Source: a virus
IMG/VR virus record: IMGVR_UViG_3300027908_000003
Span: 1-64,000 of that record
DNA: 64,000 bases
Strand: one strand, 5' to 3'
Position numbers and translations under genes: made by a program. The notes under the pieces were generated by a model. It saw nothing but the letters and a program-made list of their open reading frames with translations. It was not told where the DNA came from and made no database searches. Below, piece by piece: positions 6,769-14,646 of this stretch (position 1 is its first letter; every line of letters begins with the position of its first letter).

Positions 6769-7032
6769 ATGAATGTTAGATACATAAATAAACCAATTCA
6801 TGGGGTTTCAAGTAAATTCAACACAGCAGGAATCGGCGAGGTAGTAGTATATTTCCCAGAAGGTGATGCTACTTCAGAGTTTATTAGAGAATTACAAGTT
6901 GAATTATCAGATGGCAGTTGGAAGGATATGTCTAAAGCATTTAGAGATAAAACTTTAATTCCCGATATTTACAACACTTGCTTCATGGAGTCTAGGACTG
7001 ATGAGGAACGGGAGAAAGGATATTATTTATAA
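6769..7032 (+). CDS. hypothetical protein
   Basis: Internal ATG (MNVRYINK) of track ORF 6676-7032, directly after the upstream stop. Confidence 0.5.
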   Translation: MNVRYINKPIHGVSSKFNTAGIGEVVVYFPEGDATSEFIRELQVELSDGSWKDMSKAFRDKTLIPDIYNTCFMESRTDEEREKGYYL

Positions 7033-7198
7033 TGTGTGCTTGTGAAGATGGTGATAGATGTATATATCACAATAAGATGCTAAAAGATTATCAAGAAATG
7101 TGGAAGGCTCTTATGAAGATCAATAAAGGTGAAGTTGAAGAAGATATTGGTAACTATGCTGGCAAAGTTATAGAGTCTAGTCCGAGATATTTACACCT

Positions 7199-7297
7199 AT
7201 GAATAATATACACAAGGCAGAAAAATTTGAGAAAGATTATACTATTTCTCCTCCCATGCCAAATTCTCCTCGTAACATTTCACCAACTAGGACATAA
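7199..7297 (+). CDS. 32-aa mini-ORF built from repeated segments
   Basis: MNNIHKAEKFEKDYTISPPMPNSPRNISPTRT. AEKFEKDY resembles the N-terminus of ORF 8774. The 3' part is the 47-nt repeat also found at 8271-8318. Confidence 0.3.
   Translation: MNNIHKAEKFEKDYTISPPMPNSPRNISPTRT
7247..7293 (+). repeat. about 47-nt repeat, copy 1 (tctcctcccatgccaaattctcctcgtaacatttcaccaactaggac)
   Basis: About 85 percent identical by eye to 8271-8318. Both lie just upstream of the next ORF start (7308 and 8325). Confidence 0.8.
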
Positions 7298-7307
7298 AAA
7301 AAAATAA

Positions 7308-7523
7308 ATGAAATCATATATTATTAAGATTATTGGATGTGACGATACTACATATATTTTAATTAAAGATATCTCAGATGATGAAATTCACACAATTAGA
7401 TACCTTGCAGATTTATCTAAAGAAATTTCTCGTTATTCATGTGAACCAATAATTGAAATAGTAGAAGAAGATGATTTACGACCAGATTTATATAAAGAAT
7501 CCAGAATGAACTTGCCCTTATGA
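7308..7523 (+). CDS. hypothetical protein
   Basis: 71-aa ORF. Confidence 0.5.
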   Translation: MKSYIIKIIGCDDTTYILIKDISDDEIHTIRYLADLSKEISRYSCEPIIEIVEEDDLRPDLYKESRMNLPL

Positions 7524-7604
7524 ATAAATGGCTAATAGCAATTCTAGATAATATATTAGATCAAATCCCAATGACATTTTGCGAAGATTTAGAAAAACCA
7601 GAGA

Positions 7605-7853
7605 ATGAATGTGCCAGATGATTTAACTAATCCAGATAAAAATGGTGTTTTGCATCCTCCAGATATGGTGATACATTGGGCTGGATATCCCACCGCTTGC
7701 TGCCATCTTTATAGATACTCAAATGGCGTAATGCCTAATGAAGTTGATAGAGATGATGATGTAGATTATCTGCATATTTGTGATCCAAATGATTTTATTC
7801 AAGATATTCAAGATTGGGTAAATACTACAAAATATATCGGAGAAAATAAATAA
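7605..7853 (+). CDS. hypothetical protein
   Basis: 82-aa ORF whose C-terminus DWVNTTKYIGENK is repeated in the 6482 mini-ORF. Confidence 0.5.
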   Translation: MNVPDDLTNPDKNGVLHPPDMVIHWAGYPTACCHLYRYSNGVMPNEVDRDDDVDYLHICDPNDFIQDIQDWVNTTKYIGENK

Positions 7854-7875
7854 TGGAAAATAATTTTCCTTGGCC
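7845..7875 (+). repeat. 31-nt exact repeat, copy 2
   Basis: Identical 31-mer at the junction of ORFs 7605 and 7853. Confidence 0.9.
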
Positions 7876-8119
7876 GTCTGATTTTGAAATAGATATAGCA
7901 CATTCTTCTGATAATTTAATCAATCATAGAAATTGGTCTTGCTATGACTTTAGTGTCTGTAAACATACTGTAATGAAAGTAGTTGATGTTGATCAATGGG
8001 AGTTACAAGTTTGTATTTCTTGCGGAGCTATGGTACACAAAATATGTAACCATATTATGATATGGAATGAGTCTGGCTCAATGTTAAGGTGCAGTAACTG
8101 TGGAATTGATGGTACTTAA
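7853..8119 (+). CDS. hypothetical Cys-rich protein
   Basis: 88 aa. The MENNFPWPS start is repeated at 6482. Contains CISCG...CSNCG. Confidence 0.5.
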   Translation: MENNFPWPSDFEIDIAHSSDNLINHRNWSCYDFSVCKHTVMKVVDVDQWELQVCISCGAMVHKICNHIMIWNESGSMLRCSNCGIDGT

Positions 8120-8270
8120 ATGTGCAATATTATAACAATTAATCTTCCAGATAAATGTACTGAAGGTGATTTAATGATGGCTCAAGGTGCTATAATTCAA
8201 GCTTCTACTAATTTTGTTGCATGGGAAGATTTATACGGAGAAGATTCCGGGAGGGAAAGATAATGCTATA

Positions 8271-8318
8271 TCTCCTCCAGGCCAAAATTCTCCTCGCAAT
8301 ATCTCACCAACTAGGAAC
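8271..8318 (+). repeat. about 47-nt repeat, copy 2
   Basis: tctcctccaggccaaaattctcctcgcaatatctcaccaactaggaac, lying just upstream of ATG 8325. Confidence 0.8.
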
Positions 8319-8324
8319 TATTAA

Positions 8325-8777
8325 ATGAGTAAAGATAAAAAATATGATCCATCTATGAACAAAACTTATGAGATTGAGATAAATTATTATAATGATCTAG
8401 AAGGTGCAAGAAAATGGTGCGCAGAATTACATTTAATAGAGAATCGTTATGGAGTTAATGATATTAATTTAAAGACACGTTTAAGTGTTCACACTGCTTC
8501 TAGTAAAGAAGAAGCATATAGACATGCAGTTATCGAAATGAACAATCATAGAAATAAAAAAAAAGAAGATACTGTGTTTGATAAGAAAAAATTTATTGTT
8601 CAAACTTTTTATCCGTTCGCTGAAGTCAATGCTTATGGTCCTGTAACTGGTATAGATAATGCTGAATTATTAAAAAATAAGTTAGAAGATCAAGCTAGAG
8701 TAAAGAGATTAGGACATGGATATAGTGCTCAGATAATTGAGCTTGAGTCTCCTGATATACCATCAATAACAGTATGA
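8325..8777 (+). CDS. hypothetical protein
   Basis: 150-aa ORF with an ATGA overlap on the next ORF. Confidence 0.55.
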   Translation: MSKDKKYDPSMNKTYEIEINYYNDLEGARKWCAELHLIENRYGVNDINLKTRLSVHTASSKEEAYRHAVIEMNNHRNKKKEDTVFDKKKFIVQTFYPFAEVNAYGPVTGIDNAELLKNKLEDQARVKRLGHGYSAQIIELESPDIPSITV

Positions 8778-8986
8778 ATAAAAAACTATTAAAAAGAACA
8801 GAAAAATTTGAGAAAGGTTATGCTGAAAGATGCGGCATTACTGTTGATGAGTTAAGAAATAAAAGAGAAAGAGTTGTTGTAAGATGTAGAATGGGAAAAG
8901 ATTGTGATTATGAAGGTTGTGAAGGATTTAATAGTATTAGTAGAAAATTTGCAGAACAAGATGAAATACCAATAATATTGCCCTAA
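8774..8986 (+). CDS. hypothetical protein
   Basis: 70-aa ORF. The N-terminal TEKFEKGYA segment shares DNA similarity with 7219-7243. Confidence 0.5.
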   Translation: MNKKLLKRTEKFEKGYAERCGITVDELRNKRERVVVRCRMGKDCDYEGCEGFNSISRKFAEQDEIPIILP

Positions 8987-9015
8987 AACATCACATTATC
9001 GTCTACAATTTGTAT

Positions 9016-9087
9016 GCCTCCGTAGCTGAGCGGAATTAGCACAGCCCTTCTAAGGCTGGGACGCGCGTTCGAGTCGCGCCGGGGGCA
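9016..9087 (+). tRNA. tRNA-Arg (anticodon UCU)
   Basis: Hand-folded cloverleaf. Acceptor GCCTCCG/CGGGGGC. D stem GCT/AGC with a GG loop. Anticodon stem CAGCC/GGCTG with loop CT-TCT-AA. T arm GCGCG-TTCGAGT-CGCGC. Discriminator A. 72 nt. Confidence 0.85.
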
Positions 9088-9229
9088 CTGAGGGCTCTCT
9101 CTATCTATCACCAAGGGACCAGAATCGCGCGAAATTCTCCCCGGTTCCTTGATATACTAACCAGCGCATATGCCGCGCCAGAATTGGCGCAATAGAAAAA
9201 GAAATACTTTCATGGAAGGTTTCAAATAA

Positions 9230-9496
9230 ATGGCGAATCGCTTAATCATCCGCACAAAGAACTTCGCAATGCCTGGTAATGTAGAAAAGATTTATGCTAC
9301 ATCTGTTGGTGGAGTAACTGCAACGCTTACTCATCTTCTGGAAAAAGCTAAAACAACTGTGAAGGAAGAATCTGGTTTACTTGAATTTGAATTAGCTGCA
9401 AATACTGAAGGTCCTGCTGGAGTCACTATGGGAAACTCTACTGCAGAGAAATATATTCTTGCTGTTTCTGAGATAAGCCAAGTAACAGAATACTAA
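9230..9496 (+). CDS. hypothetical protein, weak paralog of the next ORF
   Basis: 88 aa. PGNVEK and LLEKAKTTVKEESGLL resemble PGDVEN and FKEKAKTAKESEGSLL in ORF 9501. Confidence 0.5.
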   Translation: MANRLIIRTKNFAMPGNVEKIYATSVGGVTATLTHLLEKAKTTVKEESGLLEFELAANTEGPAGVTMGNSTAEKYILAVSEISQVTEY

Positions 9497-9500
9497 AACT

Positions 9501-9737
9501 GTGGCCTTAAGATATTATACAATGTCTTACGGTTCTCCAGGAGATGTTGAAAACAACCGTATAATTGTTCCAAATACTTTAACTGAATTTAAGGAAAAAG
9601 CAAAAACAGCTAAAGAATCTGAAGGTAGTTTACTAGCTTGCACTACTAGAGGTAGAGATGCAGCAGGAAATGAAGGAAAAAGTCAGCAGATTCTTCTTAA
9701 TCTAGAAGCTTTAGAATCGGTAGTTGAAGTAGAATGA
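9501..9737 (+). CDS. hypothetical protein (GTG start)
   Basis: 78 aa, tandem to 9230 with shared motifs. Confidence 0.45.
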   Translation: MALRYYTMSYGSPGDVENNRIIVPNTLTEFKEKAKTAKESEGSLLACTTRGRDAAGNEGKSQQILLNLEALESVVEVE

Positions 9738-9787
9738 TTTATATCCGGCAGGAAATCGCCAAAAGTTCTCAGATACGGTGATTTATA

Positions 9788-10243
9788 ATGCCTAATCCAA
9801 TCATAGGTAGAGAATTAGAAGTCCCATTCTACGTGGGAGAAGAAGCTGTAGAAAGGAGCCACATAATGGGGCTAGAAACTTATATTACCCCAACTTCTTC
9901 TGGGATAATTCCAGAAACATTGATTGAAACAAAAACTATTAACTATGAATATAATCCAGTTACAGGAAAACATGAAGCAGTAGAAAAAGTTAGTGAATTA
10001 GGAAAATATAAAGGTGGCAACTTCTTTGGATATAGCTTAAAATCCAAAGGTGCTGCTGAAGTTATTTTTTATGACAATGCAGAAAAAGCAGAAGGTAAAC
10101 CAATAGCTGGTCCTATTTATTTTACTGCTAAAGAAAGTAAATCATTTATGGACCCAACCCCTGTTAAGTTCAAAGAAGCTATATACATGAAAATTGTATC
10201 GGGGGAAATTGAATCAGGGGCAATTTGGGCGGATGTAGAGTGA
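9788..10243 (+). CDS. hypothetical protein
   Basis: 151 aa. N-terminus MPNPIIGRELEVPFYVGEE resembles the N-terminus of tail protein 49930-51603. Confidence 0.55.
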   Translation: MPNPIIGRELEVPFYVGEEAVERSHIMGLETYITPTSSGIIPETLIETKTINYEYNPVTGKHEAVEKVSELGKYKGGNFFGYSLKSKGAAEVIFYDNAEKAEGKPIAGPIYFTAKESKSFMDPTPVKFKEAIYMKIVSGEIESGAIWADVE

Positions 10244-10264
10244 AAAAGTAAAAGGAGAATTTAA

Positions 10265-10597
10265 ATGTGTTTTACATCTGCAGTGATGCGAGAATATGAT
10301 CCATTTATCCCTAGGCCGAATTATGATCAGTGGAAAACTCGGGAACCTTGGGAACCAACTAAATCTCCATCTAAAGGAACAATAAAATTAGATCCAACTC
10401 AGCTAAAAGAATTATTAGACTCTTTTCATAATGCAGTAAAAGCTGCTCAAACATTTGATCGTATTACTGGCCAACCAGATTGTGTTGATCCTGAGAAGGC
10501 AAAATTAGAAGATAGGGTTACAGGGCTTGAAGGGATTTTAAGTGACATAAAAAAAGTTTTAGTAAAGGAGTCTAATGGCACAAGTCGTAATGATTGA
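10265..10597 (+). CDS. hypothetical protein
   Basis: 110-aa ORF. Confidence 0.5.
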   Translation: MCFTSAVMREYDPFIPRPNYDQWKTREPWEPTKSPSKGTIKLDPTQLKELLDSFHNAVKAAQTFDRITGQPDCVDPEKAKLEDRVTGLEGILSDIKKVLVKESNGTSRND

Positions 10598-11324
10598 GAA
10601 CAAGACTTCACCGGGAGTTCTTCGCCCGAGTGAATTATCACAATTAGTAGAAGCACTACAGCATCAAGCAGGCGAATTCAATGAGTCTCCTTGGGTAGAG
10701 CATGGATACTGTAAGCCTATAGAAGTTAAAGAGCTTACCTCCGGCGCGCCTCCTGCCGGAGCTTATAACTTGATTTTTTTAGATGATACTTCAGTAAAGG
10801 GAGCATTAGGATTTCATGAAGATGAGAACGGTACTAATATCCCAGTATCATATTGTACTGTAAAAGAGGCAAGAGAAGATGACGTTGCTGTATCTGAAGT
10901 AGCTTCACATGAGCTTTTGGAGATGGTCGTAGATCCTCATGTGGAGTCAGAAAATGAAGTTAGAACTGTAGAGCATGATAATAAAACTTATATCGTAGAG
11001 GTTGCCGATCCTCTAGAGTCAGCAGGATATAAAGCCCCTAATGGCGCTGAGTTGGCAAACTTTGTCTGGCCTAAGTGGTTTGGTCTGGCACAAACTAGAC
11101 ATAATTTACTACAATACGGTGAGTTAAAAAATCCATTTGAACTTGCAGATCAAGGATATATATCAATCAAGGAAGTTGGGAAGGAATGGACTCAAATCTT
11201 CGGCTATAAGAGAACTTCTTTACCACCGTGGGCTGATAGACTTCTCAGAATTGAAGGTAAAAAAGTTTCAGATCACCCTTTGCCATTTGAGACAGAAAAT
11301 ATAATTGGAGGTGCCAGAGGATAA
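10575..11324 (+). CDS. hypothetical protein
   Basis: 249-aa ORF with an SHELLEMVVDP segment. Not a canonical HExxH, so no function is assigned. Confidence 0.55.
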   Translation: MAQVVMIENKTSPGVLRPSELSQLVEALQHQAGEFNESPWVEHGYCKPIEVKELTSGAPPAGAYNLIFLDDTSVKGALGFHEDENGTNIPVSYCTVKEAREDDVAVSEVASHELLEMVVDPHVESENEVRTVEHDNKTYIVEVADPLESAGYKAPNGAELANFVWPKWFGLAQTRHNLLQYGELKNPFELADQGYISIKEVGKEWTQIFGYKRTSLPPWADRLLRIEGKKVSDHPLPFETENIIGGARG

Positions 11325-11968
11325 TGTCTCATGATTTTGAGAGAAAAGAGGGCGAAGAATTCGAGTATTACATAGAAAGAGTTGTTCATAACTTCTATGC
11401 TTCGCAAACTGAAATAAACAATAACTTAAAAGAAATAATTGAAAGGTTGGACAAGTTGACTACATTAGCAGAACAGCTCGGAGTAGAGGAGACAACTCTC
11501 GCCGAAGTAGTACCGAAGCTTGCAACTGAGATTACTACTCTTCAGACTAATCTAACTACTAGGGAATCTGAACTTACTTCCGCGCAGGCTACCCTCTCTG
11601 CAGATTCAGCGGAACTGGCCACGAATAAGGCAGAATTAGCTGCAATTCAGAAGGTGCAGGAATCCCTTGCCCCAGTAGTAGAAAAAGCTAAGGAATTAGT
11701 CCCTGCGTCTCCTGTGACACCACCGGCCGAATCCCCGCCGGTTGAAACCCCCGTCACCGAAGCTCCAGTAGAAACAGCACCCGTTACTGAACCTACGCCA
11801 GTAGGCGAAAGCCCCGTGGTCGAAACTTCCGTGACTACGCCACCTGTTGAAACGGTCCCTCCGGCAGAAGTCGCGCCGAGTGAAGCCCCTGTAGAAACCA
11901 CTCCCCCCGTTACATCCCCCGAAGCACTGCCTGTTGAAGGTCCCACACCGCCGACGCCTAGCGTTTGA
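11324..11968 (+). CDS. coiled-coil protein with a Pro/Thr/Val/Glu-rich C-terminal tail
   Basis: 214 aa. The N-terminal half is heptad-like. The C-terminus is PVETPVTEAPVETAPVTEP-type low complexity. Confidence 0.55.
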   Translation: MSHDFERKEGEEFEYYIERVVHNFYASQTEINNNLKEIIERLDKLTTLAEQLGVEETTLAEVVPKLATEITTLQTNLTTRESELTSAQATLSADSAELATNKAELAAIQKVQESLAPVVEKAKELVPASPVTPPAESPPVETPVTEAPVETAPVTEPTPVGESPVVETSVTTPPVETVPPAEVAPSEAPVETTPPVTSPEALPVEGPTPPTPSV

Positions 11969-12030
11969 TATGATATAGGTGCTGTTGCATTAGGTCCTCA
12001 GCAGACCTGCTCGTTGTCTCTCCGAGAAAG

Positions 12031-12063
12031 GGGGTCACCTGAAAAGGTGGCCCTTTTTCTTTG
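12031..12063 (+). terminator. rho-independent terminator
   Basis: GGGTCACC-tgaaaa-GGTGGCCC stem with one mismatch, followed by TTTTTCTTT. Lies downstream of ORF 11324-11968. Confidence 0.6.
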
Positions 12064-12078
12064 CCTAATAAAGATTGC

Positions 12079-12107
12079 TTGACATCTTTCTTCTGATGCT
12101 ATAGTAT
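12079..12107 (+). promoter_or_regulatory. sigma70-type promoter
   Basis: TTGACA at 12079-12084, then TGcTATAGT/TAGTAT at 12097-12107. Followed by a leader of about 175 nt before ATG 12283. Confidence 0.55.
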
Positions 12108-12282
12108 CTCAGATACAGAGTGGTACTCTGTACGAGCTAGAAGATCGGTATAGAAAAATCTCTCCTCTTGATTTAGTCGCAAGGGTTTTGCTCTTAGGAC
12201 CAAAATGAAAAGACAAGCTTTCCTAACCAGAAACACCTATAGGGATCGACTCCTATAGGTTTACTAATAACTAGGAGACTTT

Positions 12283-12519
12283 ATGAAAAATAATCGTAGA
12301 AGTGTGAGAAGACATCATAGAGAAAGAATCTTAAATCGTCGTATCAAAATTCTTCGTTTTGGGTCTGGAATAGATATCGAAAATATGACTCATAAAATTA
12401 TGAATTGGCACATAAATTGTAATTGTATGGGAGTTGGAGATTATAAGAAACAAGAGCTTCGGCGCGAGAAGCGCCGATGGAAATCCTTTGAGTCAAAAGC
12501 TACTGGAATAGAGATATGA
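12283..12519 (+). CDS. highly basic small protein
   Basis: 78 aa, Arg/Lys-rich (RRSVRRHHRERILNRRIK). AGGAG lies 6 nt upstream of the ATG. Confidence 0.55.
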   Translation: MKNNRRSVRRHHRERILNRRIKILRFGSGIDIENMTHKIMNWHINCNCMGVGDYKKQELRREKRRWKSFESKATGIEI

Positions 12520-12755
12520 TTAAAAAAATTACAGATGCTCCCAAACCATGTATGTCACTCGAACATAATATACCTAATATGATGGTATTTACACCAGGTA
12601 CTTATGAACATACTTGTCCTAGTTGCGGTAAAAAGACTATATTCACAGTTCCTCAAATAACTTGTGAAGTTAATCCAGAAATACCTAGAAAAGGAATCAA
12701 TCTTCCTTTTAATACCCCTGAAATTAATAAATGGTATTCAACAACTAATCTGTAG
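12516..12755 (+). CDS. small Zn-ribbon-like protein
   Basis: 79 aa with CPSCG. ATGA overlap with the upstream ORF. Confidence 0.5.
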   Translation: MIKKITDAPKPCMSLEHNIPNMMVFTPGTYEHTCPSCGKKTIFTVPQITCEVNPEIPRKGINLPFNTPEINKWYSTTNL

Positions 12756-12775
12756 CACAACAGTATTTTTTGTTT

Positions 12776-13246
12776 TTATTTTGCTAGCCATAGACCATTA
12801 TAGAAATATCCTGGATAACCAATTTTAACTTGTTTATCCTCAATTAGTTTATGTAATTTATCAGAATTGTTACGATTTAAGTGTAACATATAAAATTTTC
12901 CATCGTAAATTGCTTTTGCGCCACCACGAGTAATTTTACTACCACCGTGGACATATATCTTGTAATTCTTGTCTGTAGGACCAATCTCAGCGCCAACAGA
13001 TATGGCAGAAAATAAATCATCCGGTTTCATAGATCCGCAATAAGAGCAACACCCACTATTATCCCAATAATCTTCTACAGGAATAATTTCTTCACTGTCA
13101 TTCATAATAAGATTATTTTCAGGATCAAGAGCTGCATCAATATAATCACTTAATTGAATACGGCTCATTTTTCTAACTGCTATTGCATATCTCTCAATAC
13201 GACGTGGGCATTCAAAAATTGGTTTTATATCAGTATTTTGTAGCAC
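12776..13246 (-). CDS. hypothetical protein
   Basis: 156-aa ORF, last gene of the long minus-strand block. Confidence 0.5.
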   Translation of the reverse strand: MLQNTDIKPIFECPRRIERYAIAVRKMSRIQLSDYIDAALDPENNLIMNDSEEIIPVEDYWDNSGCCSYCGSMKPDDLFSAISVGAEIGPTDKNYKIYVHGGSKITRGGAKAIYDGKFYMLHLNRNNSDKLHKLIEDKQVKIGYPGYFYNGLWLAK

Positions 13247-13261
13247 AATGTTTTCAAAATT

Positions 13262-13582
13262 TCAGTTTGGGGAATTTTCAGATTTCAAATTTTCAGTTAC
13301 ATTTTGAATATCTTTTTGCGTATCGCCAGTGACTAATGGATGGTGAATCTTACATAATTTAAGATGCCCATGAGGAAATTTTCCTAGTCTATGACAACCA
13401 TCTTCGTGACACTCTATATGTTTATATGCAGTTACAAATGCAGATATTAATATAGCAAGAGTTAACAGTTCTAAATAACTGTCTCCAAATACTTGTTCAC
13501 TGAGAAATTGAAAAGCTAAAATCTTAGTCCACCAGCATAAGATAAAATTGACAGAATCAATACAACTAAAAATACTATCCAT
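13262..13582 (-). CDS. hypothetical membrane/Cys-His-rich protein
   Basis: 106 aa with a hydrophobic segment and CHEDGCHRLGKFPHGH. An alternative overlapping 44-aa hydrophobic ORF starts at about 13650. Confidence 0.4.
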   Translation of the reverse strand: MDSIFSCIDSVNFILCWWTKILAFQFLSEQVFGDSYLELLTLAILISAFVTAYKHIECHEDGCHRLGKFPHGHLKLCKIHHPLVTGDTQKDIQNVTENLKSENSPN

Positions 13583-13657
13583 GATACATGGATAGCAAAT
13601 CCTGCACCTACCAAAATAAGTAATAATAACAATAATAGAATTGGTAACATTTATTTC

Positions 13658-14047
13658 CTATCGTAGGAGAATCGGAGTTTTTGCTGACTCACTTTTTTCA
13701 AGACCTTTACTTTGAAAAGACTCAGGTATCTTGACCTCTTTGAGAGCTTTTGCGAAATCACTTAATCTCATTACAATTAGTTCGCTATTCGTACCTGCAT
13801 CCTCTACCGCAAGAGTAGGAATATCTCCAGTTTGAAAAGCTAAATCAATAGCCTCTCTCAAGTAAGATTGTATTTCTGACCAAGTAAACTTCTGCTGAGA
13901 TTTGCAACTTGTCATAAGCCCATTTGCCGCTACATCAGACTTTGCGAAAAACTTATTACCTGATCCTGGCTGCAATGATCCTGATAATTGATTAGCTACT
14001 CGCGTCTCAAAATCAAATCCGCGGTCTATCGCCTCACGATCAGGCAT
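13658..14047 (-). CDS. putative PD-(D/E)XK-type nuclease (Hjc-like pattern)
   Basis: GFDFETRVANQL...GSGNK...KSDV...SCKS resembles the E...D...(E/S)xK layout of archaeal-type resolvases. Weak, by eye only. Confidence 0.3.
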   Translation of the reverse strand: MPDREAIDRGFDFETRVANQLSGSLQPGSGNKFFAKSDVAANGLMTSCKSQQKFTWSEIQSYLREAIDLAFQTGDIPTLAVEDAGTNSELIVMRLSDFAKALKEVKIPESFQSKGLEKSESAKTPILLR

Positions 14048-14156
14048 TATTTTAATACCATATGTCTATTAGACTCATGTTTAATATCTCTTTTTATATT
14101 TTTAATTGTTGCTACTAATATACAATCTATAATTCCTTGTGCCAATATAATATATA

Positions 14157-14579
14157 TCATTTTCTTCTCCGTGGTGAATAACCCTTAGTAGAAACTTCTT
14201 TATACCATCCACAGATTGTCCCTGTATGCGCAGCCATTGACCATCTAAATTGTTCTTCACCTAGAATCTTAAACTCCAAGAAACAGTGTTGTAATTCAGG
14301 ACCATTAATAACCCATACAGTCATAAACTCACCTTCGCCCGCCTCTCCCCAATTTAAAAACTCAGCAGTATCTAAAGCTACAGAAGAATCTAGCAACAAT
14401 CCATGCCTAAGAATATCTGATACCCAGCTAGAGCAATCATAATTTTTTGTATTAGACTTAATTCCATCTATATAACCTGGATAAGGATGTCCTGCTCCAA
14501 ATTGATATGGATCTCTATATTTAGCTAAATTCTTAGCTGCACCAAAACACAGCAATACTGAGTTAGGCACTGTCGTCAT
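14157..14579 (-). CDS. putative NlpC/P60-like cysteine peptidase (cell-wall hydrolase)
   Basis: NYDCSSWVSDIL resembles the DCSG catalytic Cys motif, with downstream His residues. Sits near the lysozyme gene. Confidence 0.35.
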   Translation of the reverse strand: MTTVPNSVLLCFGAAKNLAKYRDPYQFGAGHPYPGYIDGIKSNTKNYDCSSWVSDILRHGLLLDSSVALDTAEFLNWGEAGEGEFMTVWVINGPELQHCFLEFKILGEEQFRWSMAAHTGTICGWYKEVSTKGYSPRRRK

Positions 14580-14646
14580 GCTACATCTCTTTTATTTTCC
14601 TTCTTCCGGGGATAATTCTTTATTACTTTTCGGCACATTTTCTCCC

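Noticed and set aside
11647-11946. 99-aa minus-strand ORF, and likewise 14651-15058 and 14760-14960 on the plus strand.
   Set aside because: They are antisense to the Pro/Thr-rich tails of real genes. Their Gly/Ser/Thr/Val-rich mirror-image composition marks them as artefacts.
12131-12138. A GAGCTAGA octamer in the 12.1-kb leader, matching the island boundary or junction core.
   Set aside because: An 8-mer is expected about twice by chance in 64 kb on both strands, and the flanking similarity does not extend.
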